64,000 nucleotides of DNA from Styela clava. Its lineage: Eukaryota. The DNA lies in assembly GCF_964204865.1 (NCBI RefSeq), contig NC_135260.1, forward strand, positions 13,640,001-13,704,000, in the 5' to 3' direction. Under the pieces are notes generated by a model. The model ran no database searches and was not told the DNA's origin. It saw only the letters and a program-made list of their open reading frames with translations. The position numbers and the translations under genes are program-made. Of the stretch, positions 27,021 to 41,270 are shown piece after piece. Position 1 is the stretch's first letter. Each line of letters opens with the position of its first letter.

Positions 27021-30000
27021 CTAAATAATGAACAGAACTAGATTAATTTTATTGCTAATCATATCGCAATATAAGAGAAAGAAAAAGGTCCAACAAGCCT
27101 GCAAGTTCTGTTATCACAATAAATATAAATTTTTTTTTCTGTTTTAGCGAGAATTTACGAAAAGCAAAGTCGTACGTAGTGAATACTGATATCCGAGCAA
27201 TACTGACGATCACTGATTTTCCAATATATGCTTATATGCTAATTATATGCCGCCTGATATAGCCATAAATTTCAACTATCAAACAATTTTATATCCACAA
27301 TTGTTCCCATAAATGCTCTATTCATGTTTGACATGTTTCGTGTTTTCATAATTGTATGTTAATTGTTGTAGTTCAATGATTTACCCTCCTGATTGTTACT
27401 GAATTTTAAAATACGCGAATTTTCGTTTTATGCAGTTCATTATCGGCAAGCTGAACCATTACTGTATATAGAATCTTGAGTCGTGTACAGTCTAACGAGC
27501 CAAATCAAACTGAAAACTATCATCAACGAATAATTCTAAAACTAGTTGTGTTGTATTGTTTTACTCTTTATCGATTTCATACTTGCATGGGCACCAAGAT
27601 TGAACAATTCTGGACCCTGGCTAAATAACCCACATCGATTTAATTTAATGCATGGTCTGTTTTTTCAGATATATATAACAATGAATGAATTGGCGCTAAA
27701 ACCGTTTTGACGAATCAGTTCTGTTAAAACATCAACGAACGAGCCAAGGTAGCTATAGCTGTGACTGTGCCAATAAATTTCTGTGCAGCAATACGAGTTT
27801 GTTCAGAAGAATGATACGTTTTAAAATATGACCAGGCACCGAATGTCGTTTTCGCTGGTAAAGTAGATAAATTTGAGAAATAAACTTGATAATGCCGGTC
27901 TGCGGTTTTCGAAGCACTGGATCCAGTGGGCAGCATAAATAAATACAGTATGTTCATAGTATAACACACATGTATTTCTTGAATGACTCTCAGCATAATG
28001 CAACTTGTGACGAAAAAGAGACTTCTGACAAATATTCTGGTGCTATTATTTGCTGTTTTCCTTGTTCCGGAGATGTGTTTGATGTATCCTTGTATTCTAA
28101 GTAGAAGATCTTGTACAAAAAATTAATAGAAACCCATTTCAAATAACTTTTTAGCGATTAAAAGGTATCAAAATAAAGATTTGTTTTCTAAATTTCCAAC
28201 TACAGTCCATGTCGATTTGTTACAATGTTATTAATATCTCCATCACAAACGGAATTTTTATTTACCAGGATTATAAGATATTGAAAAAAATTTAAATTTT
28301 ATTAAAACTTGATATAAATTTACAAACTTCCTTCTAATTCAGTTAAAAGACTTAATTTGTAGTCATAAGCTGCATGAAATTTAAGATTAAATAGATTTTG
28401 CTCCAGATCCAGCCCATTTGTAGCAACTCTAGCAAATTTCTTATATACCCGTTTTCGTAATTGAAAGTATTTTGATATTTAATGTTATTTTATAGTTATG
28501 TACCGGTTAAGCTCTTACGTAAAAAAGGAATGTCCAAACTAAAAACAATTAAGTGCTTCTAGTCTCATTTGTGAAAATTCTACTTGTATGAGAGTCTATG
28601 GATCGTTGCAACCTATTGCAAGAAAACATTTTCAATAAAGGTTTATCCAAACATTTTTATGCATAAGAGGGTATTTTTGTGCCAATATAAAATTGAAACG
28701 CTTAAAATAAATAATTTGCTTTTCAGATGCAAAGAAAAAGGTACGTGATTCATGATTGGAATATATACCTCAGAGATGTATTATTGATATTCACTGAATA
28801 TTCATTCCGTTAACTTGAATTTCAGTCTTGGAAGCTGTGCTAACTTTGCGTTGACAATTTTGCGGAAGTATTGCATGAAGGTCAATGCAGGATCGGGAAA
28901 CTATCAACTGATGGCTTCGATCGCATTTTATACAATGGAACTTTTCCTTTCTCTTGATTGTTGGTATTCTCGCAGTTTATGAACCCATCTATCGGCCAAC
29001 CACTAATTTTGGCCACTTTCAATATTTCACCTTCCCGAACATCAATCTCTCGAGTTTCTTTTCTCGCTGAATGGTCAGATATCGTAACGTAAGGAAATAC
29101 TGCTCCATGAAAGTAATGCATATCGTCCACTGATTGCCATCTGGTAGATGCGTCGTGATGATTAAATGTTAATAGTTCGTAAACGAGACAGCAAATCTGC
29201 AAAATTAACAGAAATGAGATTTATTTCATTGAAATATACCATGATGTCCAATCGGGTATTAGGTGTTAGTCTCTGGATTTTTAATGATGGTAGATAAGGA
29301 AATGTTTATAATAGAATAAGCAGGCAGTAGATGGCACGTAATGCGAATTTAAATCATTGTGTCCACAGATGCATTTGTTTTCATAAAAAAATCTGTATAT
29401 TTCTTCTTTGCTTAGAGAAAATATTTTTCAGCTACTTACATTGGAAGACCCCGTACATGCCACAAAATCACATAAAGAAAGTAGATATACATCGGTGACT
29501 ATTCCCTGAAGAGCATTGAGTCCTCTTTGCATAGTTTCGGTTGGAGTTGTGAGGAAATTGTACGAGGGATATCTTGATAACAGAACGTAAACTAATGATA
29601 TGTCATGATTTGGTTCGAACGGAGACGATTTTAAGATTGGGCGACTGGAAAACGTCCGGTAGAATAGATTGAAATTATGAGTTTATTTTTTGTTATCATT
29701 TGCACAAACAGAGTCGATGTTTGACATACATCAATTTGTCAAAAACTTAACTACCCTACCCTACACAGTGAATTCGTCCTCTGCTAGAATTTTTTCATAT
29801 TAATTTTATGAAAGTGATATACATACGATAATTCTACACGGAAGACATTTCTTACTTCGTTGTTAATTCCTGATAAACTTTGTCGTCATCGGTTGTCACA
29901 TATATAGTTCTTTGTTTTATATTTTGTTCGTCGAACCAATTTTCAATAAAAAACATATATTCTTCAATTTCGTGCTCTTTTGCTTCTCTAATCAGTTTGT

Positions 30001-30973
30001 ACCCACGACGAATATGCATTCTGGAAAGAATTTAATTGAAATAAACAAACAGTATGCCATATTAATTTTGTTATCAATATCGGTAAAATTAAAAAAATAA
30101 TAGTTGTATATTCTATTTTAGTGTTTAAGATTGGAAAATTAGGGCTTTTCATGTAGTTAGTTATTGATCCCCCTACCCGGCTATAGGATTAGTGAATTTT
30201 ATTTTCTGGGCGGTTCCGTTAAGTTGATTCACAAATTCAGGCCTCATTCTCATCGCATATCCAATGAATTGTGCAATCCACCAGGCAAATGGATCCGCAT
30301 GATTCTGAATAATATCTTCAGCTATTTCTTCTGGAATTGATATAAAGTCGTATCCAGTTGGGTAAACGGCATCACCATTCACTGTTTGTGAGTTACTCTG
30401 ACCTGGATACAAATTAAAACTTTAAAAAGAAAAATTCAAGGTATAAAGTTCACAGACAAGAGAGCAATGCTCAAATATATGGACACTAAGGCCAGAACGA
30501 AATATTCTCCCCACATTACCCCAAAACCATGTCCTGAACGAAGCTGGATCAATTTCAATTAACGTCTATTGTAGGGTCAAGTGTAATTTCAATACCACGT
30601 GTACTTCTAGTCGGCGTGGGGTAACAGTTAACAGTTAACAGCGATAGCAAACTCACTAAAGCAAGCAATTTTGCTTGTTTTGACGTTATTGTGACGTCGC
30701 AGTTAGGTAATTTTACGCCGATCAAAATTAACGCTTTTGCTGCCGAGGACCACTATAGTGGCCCGAAAACTGACTCCCTTCCGTGCACAATATCTCGAAG
30801 TTCGATGAATCAATTTTAACAATATTAACATCGACAAGATCTGCAAGCAATTTCCTTGATAACTGACAAAATTGTTATTTGAAAATTTTCTAAAAATGAG
30901 CAAAATATACCTGAATTGTGGATAACAAGCCCACTCTCTTTGTATCATGCCTTGTAGGCCACAGGCTAAAATT

Positions 30974-33513
30974 CAGGCTTGTCCATGGGACACATTTTCC
31001 TGTCCCATCCCATGGGATTCTCATTGAAATAAAATTCAATAAAAATTGTTAATTTTAGGAAGAGACATGCGACACTTGCGAAGAGACATGCAAAACAACA
31101 AAATTTACGGACTTCGTTAACTTTATATTCATAACTATTATATATAGTTGTGTCCATCAGTCTCTTCACGAAGTATATTGTTAATGCAGAATGCTCAAAT
31201 ATATGGACACGAAATCCATAACAAATTGTTTTGTCATCATTTCCTCGAAAATCGTACGGTTTTCCTGTCCCACGTGTCCCATGGGAAAAACAAATGTGTG
31301 CTGTTCCATCGAATCCCATATTCCCATCTGTAGAGATATTCATAACCTTCGACCTGTTACGACTTCCGAGGTGACGCCTGCGATTCCTTGCTCTGAACGT
31401 TGACGCGTCCAGGCCTGACTTGCAATGTTTCTTGAGGATACAACGCAATATAATGGTGTTTCGTTGCTGGATTCATCGAAATACTGTTTTCAGATGCGTT
31501 GTGGTATTTTAGTTTAGATGTACCGTAGGCCTCCATATATGAATACCGGTACCTGAACTGGATGCCATATTGGTCTTCATATCAATAACTTGGATAATAT
31601 TGATACAGGTACCGTAGCCTGACTCATGAAGCTGTAAAGTATGCTACAAGAAAAGAATTCTTTTTTCAAGTTATAAGGTAAGATTCGATGAGTTTTTATT
31701 ATTGTTTACAAGCAGTGGTGGGATTCAGTCGGTTCTATAGGAACGTCTCACGAAATTTTATGAAATCAGCGAACCGGTTAGCATTACTGAAAAAAAACAT
31801 GACTTTTGTAACAGAACCGGTTGAAAAATATGTGATAGAACCAGCTGACAAAAAAGTTGAATCCCACCACTGTTTACAAGTAACAAGAGAGCTATGCTCA
31901 AATATATGCCGACGTAGAGTCACATAATTTTGATGACGTCATAGCGAAAAAAAAAAGGTAATAGCCTTCTGGAGAAAATTTTTATCATTAACCACTGAAA
32001 ATTTCAAAGCAATTGGTCCAGTATTCGAAGAGAAAAGCGACTTTTTAAAAACGTGTCAAAGAACAAGAACAACAACAACAACATAATATTGAAACGATCG
32101 TTATGTCCACTACGTGTCCAATAACACTACCAGACTACCGATATGCCTTCGTCGGGTGCGGACGTGTCTGCTTGAAAATACTAGTGAATGCTACGCGTTG
32201 TATGTTTCGGTATCTATAATCTGTATCGCGTAATATCAGCATCAGCAAAGCCCATCCACTGCAATTAAAGAAGTTTATGGATAAAAGATTGGATTCAAAG
32301 TTAAATGGTGGATGATCTGTTACGGGTATATTGCGAGGTTTCGATCCTTTTATGAATCTAGTCGTGGACTTCGTTTTAGGTCTCAGCTCGAGGCATGGAA
32401 GGGTAAACAGGTGAAATACTAGAATTGAAAACTAAACAAAAAGTAATAGCGCCGAAGATAACAACTTGGTTAGTGGAAACAAATGGAATACAAAAATTAG
32501 AAACAATCAACATTCTAAATGATGGACAACGAAAACAGAGGATTCGGATAATAAAGACTACTTTGGCATTGCTGTATGGGCTACCCAAGATTCCAATTTT
32601 ACATACTTGCTTCGCAAAGAACTAAGGAAAAAGTGACACTGACACTGCTTTTATCTAACTCACTAGTTCGCACTTGTTTACGCCAATTTAATAAACACAG
32701 CCCGATCATGACCGTTTCGACGTAAACAGTTTTAAATTAGAACATACCGCACCTGCATTTTGTTTTGTAACACAAGTCAGACGCCCGAACGCTGGAACGA
32801 TAATACGTTCGTGTTTTTATCTTTTTTTTGTAATATGTTTGTGAGTGTAATATCATGGGTGAACAGGCACATGTATTTATACGTGTTTTAAACCCTACTC
32901 TTGGTTTTGCCTGTTTTCCCGATTTCCCATTATTCTGTGTGTTTGTTTTATGTGTTCATTATTTGTTATGTGTATGTTTTTTGGGGGAAATCAAAATAAA
33001 GATCATTATTTATTATTATTATACCTAGATAAAAAACTGTGCTCACAAACATTCAAGTACCGCCAAAGTTGCTGTACATTGATTGAAATACCAAGCCAAC
33101 TACTAAAGAATATCTTAAAAAACACTACGAGGACACTAAAGGGGTTTAAACAGACTACTGTGTGGTATACCAAGTTCACAATTACTGACTTCTGAACTAG
33201 CATTTCCTTGCCGTGTTTCTACTGGAATTGTTTGGGCAAGGAGTTTGTGATGTCAAAGAAGCTCTTACAAATATTAAAAATACACAAGTTGAATAAATTC
33301 CATTGCGATCTTAGCTGGGGATGGCACTTACAACAAGAATGATTACTTATTAATATTACAAGAATGATTACCTTAGGAAAACATTGCAAGTCAGACAGGG
33401 TCGCATCAGCGTTCAAAGCAAGAAATCGCAGTCATCACCTCTTTTTGCATCGAGTCGCAACAGGACAAAGGTTATGAATGTCCCTAATGGGACGTTTCCC
33501 ATGGACAAGCCTG
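30974..33513. mobile_element. Nested TE stack in copy II intron 7
   Basis: Outer TIR CAGGCTTGTCCATGGGA (30974 and 33513). Inner TIR TAG(A/G)GA(T/C)ATTCATAACCT (31331 and 33486). Innermost: hAT MITE 31713-31872 and HINE-like repeat 31883-32124. Confidence 0.8.
31713..31872. mobile_element. 160-bp hAT MITE
   Basis: TIR CAGTGGTGGGATTCA; perfect 8-bp TSD TTTACAAG; GAACCGG internal repeats. Confidence 0.92.
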
Positions 33514-34905
33514 CCAAATTTCATATTCATACATTTTATAAGCAATAATTGCATAAGCGATATGATAAGTACGGGCGCCACATCCAATGACGTTGACCGC
33601 GACGCACAGCTGGAGGCCACGGTATCGGCGACACGTTGTAGTTACGCAGTTACAACGTACAATTATCATCGTGACGTAATATAGGTGAGTCAGATACAGG
33701 CAAAAAAAGGAGCAAATTTTGCCAACTTTACCGCTTCGTTGCTCAAAAAATTCTAATGCAAACATCATGCGATTTTTTTTGCATTAGATTAGATATCTTG
33801 GTTACCCAACTGTCATAACTAATTTATTGTTTTTCATAAAACGGCACTATCAATCGCTTTATTGTTCGTACCAGTTTTTTAGGGAAAATAAAACACATTT
33901 ATCTTTTAATCAAACCTCATAGAAAACAAATAATCCGATCATTACATAGCTCTGAAAAAACTAAACAACTTTCATATTTCGTTTTTTTTTGTGGCTGTAA
34001 CTGTTTTAAAAACATTGCCGTTTAAAAACATGACACGCAGCGAATGCGTTTTAAGTGTATGCGCTACACTAGCCGAACCATATATTTCTATAATGTTTCG
34101 TCAGACTTCCTCGGTCATACGTAATATTACAGGTATTGATATAATGCTAAATACTTGTATACGTGTGTAATACTTGTATATTGTGTTTCGTCACAATCAC
34201 TGAGAGGGGGCTAAGAGATGACTCCATCCTTCAGGATCATATTTCCACCCTTTCATATGATGAATCATTGTTCTTTGTTGTTTAAAAGCAGGTAAAAAAC
34301 ATTTGAGTATGGTGTGCAACTCACTGCCAAAATCAGCTTGTTTTACCATACATAAACTGATGCACTGTTGCAATCGTTAGGATTCTAAAGAAAAAAAAAA
34401 CACTTATATATGCATTTTTAATCGAAAATAATCTTACGCTGTAAACATTAACATGAGTATTTGAAAAAGGGGAAAATTACACAGAATATACCAGCGTCCA
34501 CAGCATGATAGATTAGGGATAATTATAATTTAATATTGATCTCTGTGGGGAGGGAAGCCTAAAAATTAGCCCAATTTTGAGGCTCAACTTGATGGTTGGT
34601 ACACGTAGCGTTCAGACTTTGGAACCGCAACAATTTTGGGATGAATATTACATTACCAACGGAATAAAACGAGCCATCCTTGTGTATTATTGTAGTGTCG
34701 CCAATTACGTTAGCTGGTCATGTTCTGGTATTGGTTAAGAGATACTTCTGAGGTATAAAGAGCTGAGTGATAATCACAGTTGTTCTCACTACTAAGTATA
34801 TATATATAGGTACCAATAGTTGCTTGTAACTCTCCGATTGATAATCTAGTTGGTTCAATTATTGAGACAAAGTCATCTTATAGTGAGAAAACTATAATGA
34901 AATTT

Positions 34906-35143
34906 TGGGACTCTCGAAGTATGCGAACCAAGATGGCGGACATCGGAATGTAATATGTGTACTAGGTTAGGGTTAGGCCATAATTTTAGGTATAAATACT
35001 ACGGGAGACTCTTGGCTAGTCTTCGAACTGATAATAGGACTAAAATAGGGAAAATTGTAAAAAAATTATCGCCTAACCCTAACCTGTTACTCATGTTACG
35101 TTCCGATGTCCGCCATCTTGGTTCGCATACTTCGGGAGCACCG
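34906..35143. mobile_element. Palindromic MITE with GTTAGG/CCTAAC repeats (related: 39445-39554; partial about 670-722 and 21700-21755)
   Basis: Long TIR CGAAGTATGCGAACCAAGATGGCGGACATCGGAA and its reverse complement. Confidence 0.85.
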
Positions 35144-38100
35144 AAATTTTAGACTGTACATATTCGTGACCCTGTCCTAACGAAAGTATCTTGAGCGCTA
35201 ATCTATTTTAGAAGTAATCCATTGTTCTGGCAGAAAGTAATCCATTGTTCTGACAGAAAAATCTGCAAGGCTTAAAGAGGTCACAATGACGAGAAAACTT
35301 CTGTTATAATGCGAACTAATTATTTAATTACCTGCAGTTCGTTTATTCTTTTTTGGACGTACATTCGTAACTTATCCATTTTTTCATGGGCAATCATTTC
35401 AGAATCTTCAATCAAGTTTTTAAGCTCTTTCTTCAATTTCCTTGGTAAAATAAGTTATATCATGAAAATTGTTTTCAATTATTCTATTTAATCGACACTA
35501 TTAAACTGTTAGCAATCAAAGTTTCTATTATCCTCCTGTTGAGATAATAAAATGAGATCTTATTCATCACTTGAATCCTAATTGTGTGGAAAAACCTAAG
35601 CAAATTTCCTATATGTTGATAATAAACTCACATGTATCCCTCGTTCACAAATTCTTGCATGTCGCTAGAAAGACCTAATCTTTTAATAGCCGATGTTATA
35701 TTCAACCAGTAATACTTCAGATCAAAAAGGAGATTTGAAAAAATGTAGAACTCAGTTGACTGTGAATAAAATTAGGATTTATTAGGTACAACGAAACGAT
35801 GTTCTCTAACTTACAAAGATAATGACGATTTTGAATTGACGATATTCAAAATTATATATAGACAAATCACGAAGCTGGTAACTGTACAATTTGTTCGTGG
35901 ACAGAGTTATTAATTCAAAGTTTGCATATTCGCTTATACCAGTGCCGGATTCATTTTTGGAATTTTGTGTAGGAATTTTGACAGGAACCACATATTTCTA
36001 AAATAAGAAGCTGGTGAGTCGAAACAGCAAAGGTGCAACTGTGTCTAAAATTCATTCCTGAATTCTATCGAGAAGACTTTTATTAACGTGCGGAATCATT
36101 CGCAGGTGTCGTCGAGTAGTTATGTCGTGCCATTATTTGTCACGCTCAATGCGAAGGCAACCAATACACTCTTGTCAGTTCCATCAATGACGTTGTTTAT
36201 TGTCATTGGTTCCATAAACCGTAAACGTAGGTAAGTACAAGGAGTATCCCACATGTTCATAGTTGTGTGCATATGTGCGTTTCATTGCTGGACTGCGCAT
36301 ACTATGGTAAAACATAGCTTGATAGCACTGGGGTAGTCAGTGGTTGATTGCCATTATTCTTTTTCTTACTAGCAATCATGTTTTGGCAATCCATTTCAAT
36401 TCTGGGTCATTTGGATCAATACACAAAAATATAATATTGCATATAAACTACAATCATGACACTCACAATTCTACTGGAATAGTTGAAATTTGTTGTAACT
36501 TTATTGTCAAAAAAGTTTCCAATTTCTTCATATCGAATGTCCAAAACACTGTTAAAATGTAGAATATTGATAGCTTTATTTCAAATTTAGTTTTTAGTTT
36601 AAATGTTTGTATGGTTGTGAATTTTCTTTCTGGTATTTCGCATTTTAAATAGTATTGACAAGCATCAACTTAGTGATGTGATACAACGGATATATCGAGG
36701 TTGCATAATTTCAAACTAATGTACATTTATGGCGTATGTTGACAAAGCCGCAATGTGTGAAATTTTGTTGTGAGGTTTATGTAAAAACAAGCCAAATCAT
36801 TCACCTGAATATAAACAACCCGTTCACAGGTGTTTGAACCAATTTGAATATTTGAGTATAGTTGAATCGAACAAAAGATCATCAGTGAAACAATTTCGAA
36901 AAAATAAAGGATTATCACACAATTAAAGGCGACGCGCGATTAATGTTGTTTAATGTGAAATCGTACTTGAAACCATCCTGAAGTGCCGATGCATCTTTTA
37001 TTCCATCTTCTGTCGCATTTTTGAATATGATAGAAGAAATTGATTTCCAATATTCGTTAAAATGTGTTCGCATGATTTGCACGGCATTCTTTTTTATATT
37101 TCGAATGCTATTGCTTATTTTTTATTGTAATAAAAAATAAATGAATTTTTAAAACAATGGATATTGAAAAGGAGGCAAAATAGAACTCATTATTATGATC
37201 ATCGCATTGAAAAAATATGAAATTATTAAACTATTTATGGAAAGTATATGGATGTATTAAACAATAAACACCAAATGTAATAAAACACATTTCTAAAACG
37301 TTTTTTGAAAATTATGTTCAGTTCAAAAACCTGTAAAATTACAATCTATATATAAGTTTTACAGTTAGAAATGCTGTACAATTGGTCCCATTGCCACCTG
37401 TTTTCCCCCAACATTTTTTATATCAATATGCAGTACAAAGTACAGTGCCATATCCATCATTTGGTGGTATTGAGTGCACTTTCTGGTAAGTTTTAGAGAC
37501 AAACAATATAATTGGAAATATATATGCAATACTATTCATTTGAATCATGATTGTTACTCGATCATGCCATTTTATATTTAAATTTTTTTGTTCTTATTGT
37601 GATATGATGAACATACTGAAAATTGGATTTTATAGGACGAGCACAAATGGAAAACTTACCTCTGGGTGTTTAACTTCTCATTTTTCAGTGTTCGAAATTC
37701 CAGAAAACCGACAAAATTCTGTAACTTGTCCACATAGTTGACGCTTAAAATTAAAAATAGCATGTTGCATATTTTAAAAATTTATGTGTTTGGAAGTTCT
37801 AAAACAATGAATATATCTAACAGTTTAGTCATTTTATGTCGATTGAAATAGAAATTTGTATTTATCTTATAAATTTACCTGTTTCTCGAGAATTTTGTAA
37901 CATATACTGTAAATAATAAGATAGAAACAAGCAAAAGAAAAACTGCTCTTCCTTTAAAGTTGAATCCAGATACCATATTAAAATAATCTTGTGTCAAATC
38001 TATCAAATCATTTAATTAACATTAAATTCTGTAAAAGGCACAAAAAAGAATGAGCGCTAGTTAGCCGGTCAAATGTTTTCAAATCTGATTCTATTTAGTA

Positions 38101-40188
38101 TAACATTACATTATAGTTAACTTTCTTTAAATTTTGAAGAACTATAGAATAAAGTGTGATAAAATACCAATAATGAATTCGAAGAATGAATCAAGTTAAT
38201 AGATTCACTCAGTTATATTTACTTATTACATAAATTTATGTTTGCAAATTATACCGGATGTATAGTGATCGTTTCTTTTAAAATTTGACCAAATGATCAA
38301 CACCAGTGAAACATGCGTTAGTACCGTTTGCGCCGTGATTTTAAAGAAAGCAAATAATAACGAGGGAAGAATCTCAGACCTATGTATTAAATGAGGAATA
38401 ATGTAAATATTATAATGATATTACATAGGTAATTGAAAGAAACGATTATGCAAGGTCATATTTGAAAAACTTCCCAACGTTTTCAATTGTATAAAAAAAA
38501 ATTGAAAGAAATTATTGATTCCTCCAAAGCTGTGACCCATATGAAATACCCGGTGTGTTACGACTTGGGAACGCTGTAAACGTGAGGGAAATAAATGCTT
38601 TTGATCAATGATGAGACTCGTCGCTGCATCGTGAAATTGCCACGTGTTATCCAAGTTGTCATTTTTGTAAATAGAATCAAGCCGTTTTTTTTTAAATTGC
38701 TTCGAATTGATGTTGATTCGAATCGATTCGATATTCTGAAACTTACATTTTTAGGCCCAGCAGTATCATAAAAATGCAATAATTCCCTCATATAGCGTCA
38801 TAAGCAGGGATTCCATCGATCTGGAACCCAAAATAAAGACGACAGGAGAAATTATTGCATTGTGAGCAGAAATAGCTTGCTTTCCTATGCCTGCAGGTTA
38901 ATGTCACAATTACAGACGTCACAGTGTGCAGTGCACTCAACCTCAAAGCTTCGTTTAACTTTAAATTATTTTCCATACTCATCACGAAAAACACTCTTTA
39001 GTTTTCTCATTTTTAAATTTAGGCCAAAATAATCACTAACATGATAAAACTTAATGATCGTTACACTAACAGCGCTTTATGCCTATCTGTGCCTTGCTAC
39101 TTTGTGTTCCAAATAAGATTGTGGTGCTTTTATGATGCCACAATACAGTTTTGGTGATAAGACAAACAACACAAGGCTTCCTTTATGAAGTCCAAATAAG
39201 ACAAAATAAGGACACGCAAGCCAAAAATAAGGATGCAAGCCATAATCAAGCCAAAAATAAGAACAACCCTTAGAAATAAGGACGGTATGTGGAATACCTG
39301 GTCTTAAGTCTTTTGTCGCAACAGTCTATTTTCTGGTGCACCAGGCTATACGCGTCTACATCTTTACTTTTTTGTAATAGAGCTATGACTAGAAAATGGC
39401 TTTAATCCGTAATTATTACAAATTTCTACAAATTTTAGTTTTTAGGTACTCCTGAAGTATGCGCACCAAGATGTCGCACAACCTGAACCCTAACCTGGTT
39501 CACAACCTGAGTTCATGTTGTGCGCCATCTTGGTGCGCATACTTCAGGAGGTCCAATTTGGTTAATAATAATTAATTGGTCCAATTAATAAGTTTGCTAA
39601 AAGCAGAGTCTCATTTCCCCGTACAGGATTTGTAGATTATCAAACAGAATGAACATAAAGGTTTTGAAGTAATCAAGGCTAACAGTTTGAAAGAATACAG
39701 TCTGTCCTAATTTATATATGTATATATATAAAAGGAGCTAAATAGTGTAAAATTAAGGGACTGGTGTAATTTCTATAAGACGGCCAGATAGTTTGATCAA
39801 GCAAGTTCTGTACAGTCACGTTAGCACCCAGCCTAAATATTTGGCAGTCACACTTTGTTCAAGATTGTATCATAACTTCAGATATCATTTATAAGTTCAA
39901 GCTATAATATACTAATTTATTTTGCTCTAAATTTCAATAAATATTATATAGTTGAGTTACTTGAGAGTTAATTTTGAACGATTTGAAAGTATTAACCTGT
40001 TCAGATAAATATGTTTCAAAGTTATTCATGCATTTTAAATAAAAGCATGATTTATAATACACAAATGAATGAAACATAAACCACAATTTCATTGTATATA
40101 TTTGAGTTCAGATTTGTCACTTCACAATAGCGACTGATGAACAACACAGGGTAATCGGTCAGCAAATGTTATACGCGGCTTGGTCGTG

Positions 40189-41270
40189 TCATAGACTAAT
40201 TGGCCACGAACACAGCGTCTTCTGTAACATCCATGACTTCAGTACCAAAAATAAAAATTTAGAGGATGCGCGAGACGGTCAAATCGGAAAATCGGGCATT
40301 GTTCAAGAGATCTCGGCGTGACAACGAGACCGCTGTTAATGTTACCCGTTTAAATAAGAAAACCAGGTCACGCCTTGCACATCCCGTGAAACGCTCACAA
40401 AAAGTTGTAAGCACAGCGACAAAATCTCTTTGAGTTATTGAGTTGAATAGCTTGTAACTGGCATGAGTTTTGCAATGTATATGCGGTATAATAAAATCTT
40501 CTAAATCTTGTAAAGCACTTATTAGAATTTAGCTCGGTGTTTATTCTAATATTATTTTCCAATAATTTAAGACTTCTTGATTCTCATATCTTTTTAATTT
40601 AACACATCCACTGATATTGAGAAGGCGAGAATAATCATAGCATCGTTTTATTTTGTGAAACAACTACTGAACCCATTTTTTCATATTCTTGTTTCTGTTT
40701 ATCGAGTCTAAAAATCCAAATGCGAATCCCATTTTATTTTCGAGATTCCTTTATATTGCTTCCTGATTTTTAAATTACAGGTATTTGGTTAATTCGCACT
40801 AATGATGATCGACGTGTTGGCCACCCCTGTTATGGACTAATTGGCCACAAGGTTCAGCGTCTTCTGTAACATTCACGACTTCAATACCAAAAAGAAAAAA
40901 ATTCAGAGGATGGGCGAGGCCGCCAAATCGGAAAGTCATTGTTAGTTAAATTTGAATAGCTTGTAAACGGCATGAATTCCGCGATGTATATATACACTGT
41001 ATATTGAAATCCTGTAAAAAACTTATTAAAATTTTGCCCGGTGCTTGTCTAAAATTATTTAACGATAATTTGAGACTTCTTGAGACCTCTATCTTTTAAA
41101 TTTACTAACCCCGACGATATTGAAAATACGAGAATTACCATAGCATTGTTTTTTCATGAGACAACTGCTGAACCCATTTCTTCCTATTCCTATTTCTGTT
41201 TCATAAGTCTAAAAATGCGAGTCCAAATTCTATTTCCTTAAATATGCTTCCTGGTTTTTAAATTATAGGT
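40189..41270. repeat. Diverged tandem duplication (about 40189-40785 and about 40829-41270)
   Basis: GACTAATTGGCCAC..CAGCGTCTTCTGTAACAT..GCTTCCTG.TTTTTAAATTA shared; the second unit has an internal deletion. Confidence 0.8.

Larger units (their letters stand above)
28882..37976 (-). pseudogene. FUT8: FUT8-like copy II, all 11 exons present but disabled
   Basis: Exons: 37976-37879, 37743-37660, 37107-36967, 36548-36467, 35759-35632, 35440-35332, 34384-34174, 30402-30177, 30020-29856, 29572-29440, 29196-28882. Relative to copy III, exon 7 has a 7-nt deletion giving an immediate TAA (34343-34345) and a +1 base in a G run (about 34205-34210). Also HIRRGDK->HIRRGYK, SSNICR->SSNICC, AGFG->ADFG. 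Confidence 0.85.

Noticed and set aside
34965-35085. TTAGGG-like hexamers as an interstitial telomere
   Set aside because: Only about 2 units per arm, inside MITE inverted repeats.
38490-39302. Possible hAT derivative (AAAATAAG repeats, Cys-rich ORF 38788-38994)
   Set aside because: Probably a TE, but I could not define a left TIR or TSD.
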